From the NCBI RefSeq assembly GCF_035084215.1, contig NC_090346.1:41540001-41604000 (forward strand): DNA of 64,000 nucleotides, in the 5' to 3' direction. This document shows positions 63,660 to 64,000 of the stretch, in pieces (position 1 is the stretch's first letter; every line of letters begins with the position of its first letter). The notes under the pieces are model-generated. The model did not search any database. It was given only the letters and a program-made list of their open reading frames with translations, and was not told the DNA's origin. Both the position numbers and the translations under genes were made by a program. The DNA comes from Heptranchias perlo. Taxonomy: Eukaryota.

Positions 63660-64000
63660 TAATGTCAGGTTCCACATGTACGCTGACGACACCCAGCTCT
63701 GCTTCACCACCACCTCTCTCGACCCCTCCACCGTCTCTCATTTGTCACACTGCTTGCCCGATGAGCAAAAATTTCCTCCAACTAAATATTGGGAAGACTG
63801 AAGTCATTGTCTTTGGCCCCTGCCACAAACTCCATTCCCTAGCCATCGATTCCATCCCTCTCCCTGGCCACTGTCTGAAGCTGAACCAGACCGTTCGTAA
63901 TCTTGGTATCCTCTTTGACCCTGAGATGAGCTACCGACCACATATCCACTCCATCACCAAGACCGCCTACTTCCACCTCCGTAACGTCGCCCGTCTCCAC
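63660..64000 (+). mobile_element. L2-like LINE RT fragment, truncated by the window end
   Basis: FHMYADDTQL, LNIGKTEVIVFG and VRNLG motifs. Confidence 0.75.

Noticed and set aside
63645-63665. IGFALS exon 1 candidate (ATG CAA G|GTAATT on the minus strand)
   Set aside because: The phase fits, but it abuts an L2 fragment and has no independent support; exon 1 is left uncalled.

Overview
Eukaryotic vertebrate genomic DNA; the CR1/L2 LINE, Penelope and SINE content suggests a cartilaginous fish (shark-like), which is an inference. The window holds the gene block EME2 (last exon, +), SPSB3 (6 coding exons, -, 357 aa), a shared CpG-island promoter, NUBP2 (7 coding exons, +, 272 aa) and IGFALS (large LRR exon, -). 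This is the same order and orientation as human 16p13.3. Introns and spacers carry many nested CR1 LINE fragments, Penelope ends (two palindromic, one with an intact hammerhead ribozyme), MITE-like elements and SINE remnants. The most unusual object is a near-intact single-ORF APE-RT LINE (52217-55972). It begins with a tRNA-type A/B-box head, has no ORF1 and no AUG ahead of its endonuclease domain, has no TTTT run across ~3.25 kb of sense strand, and ends in a T6 tract, so it is a candidate Pol III-transcribed autonomous retrotransposon. The same copy carries a 443-bp near-identical antisense piece of the neighbouring IGFALS exon inside its 3' end. Two further locally templated rearrangements are visible: a 125-bp inverted duplication with inversion, and a ~93-bp inverted insertion. 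All alignments were done by eye and no database search was run.
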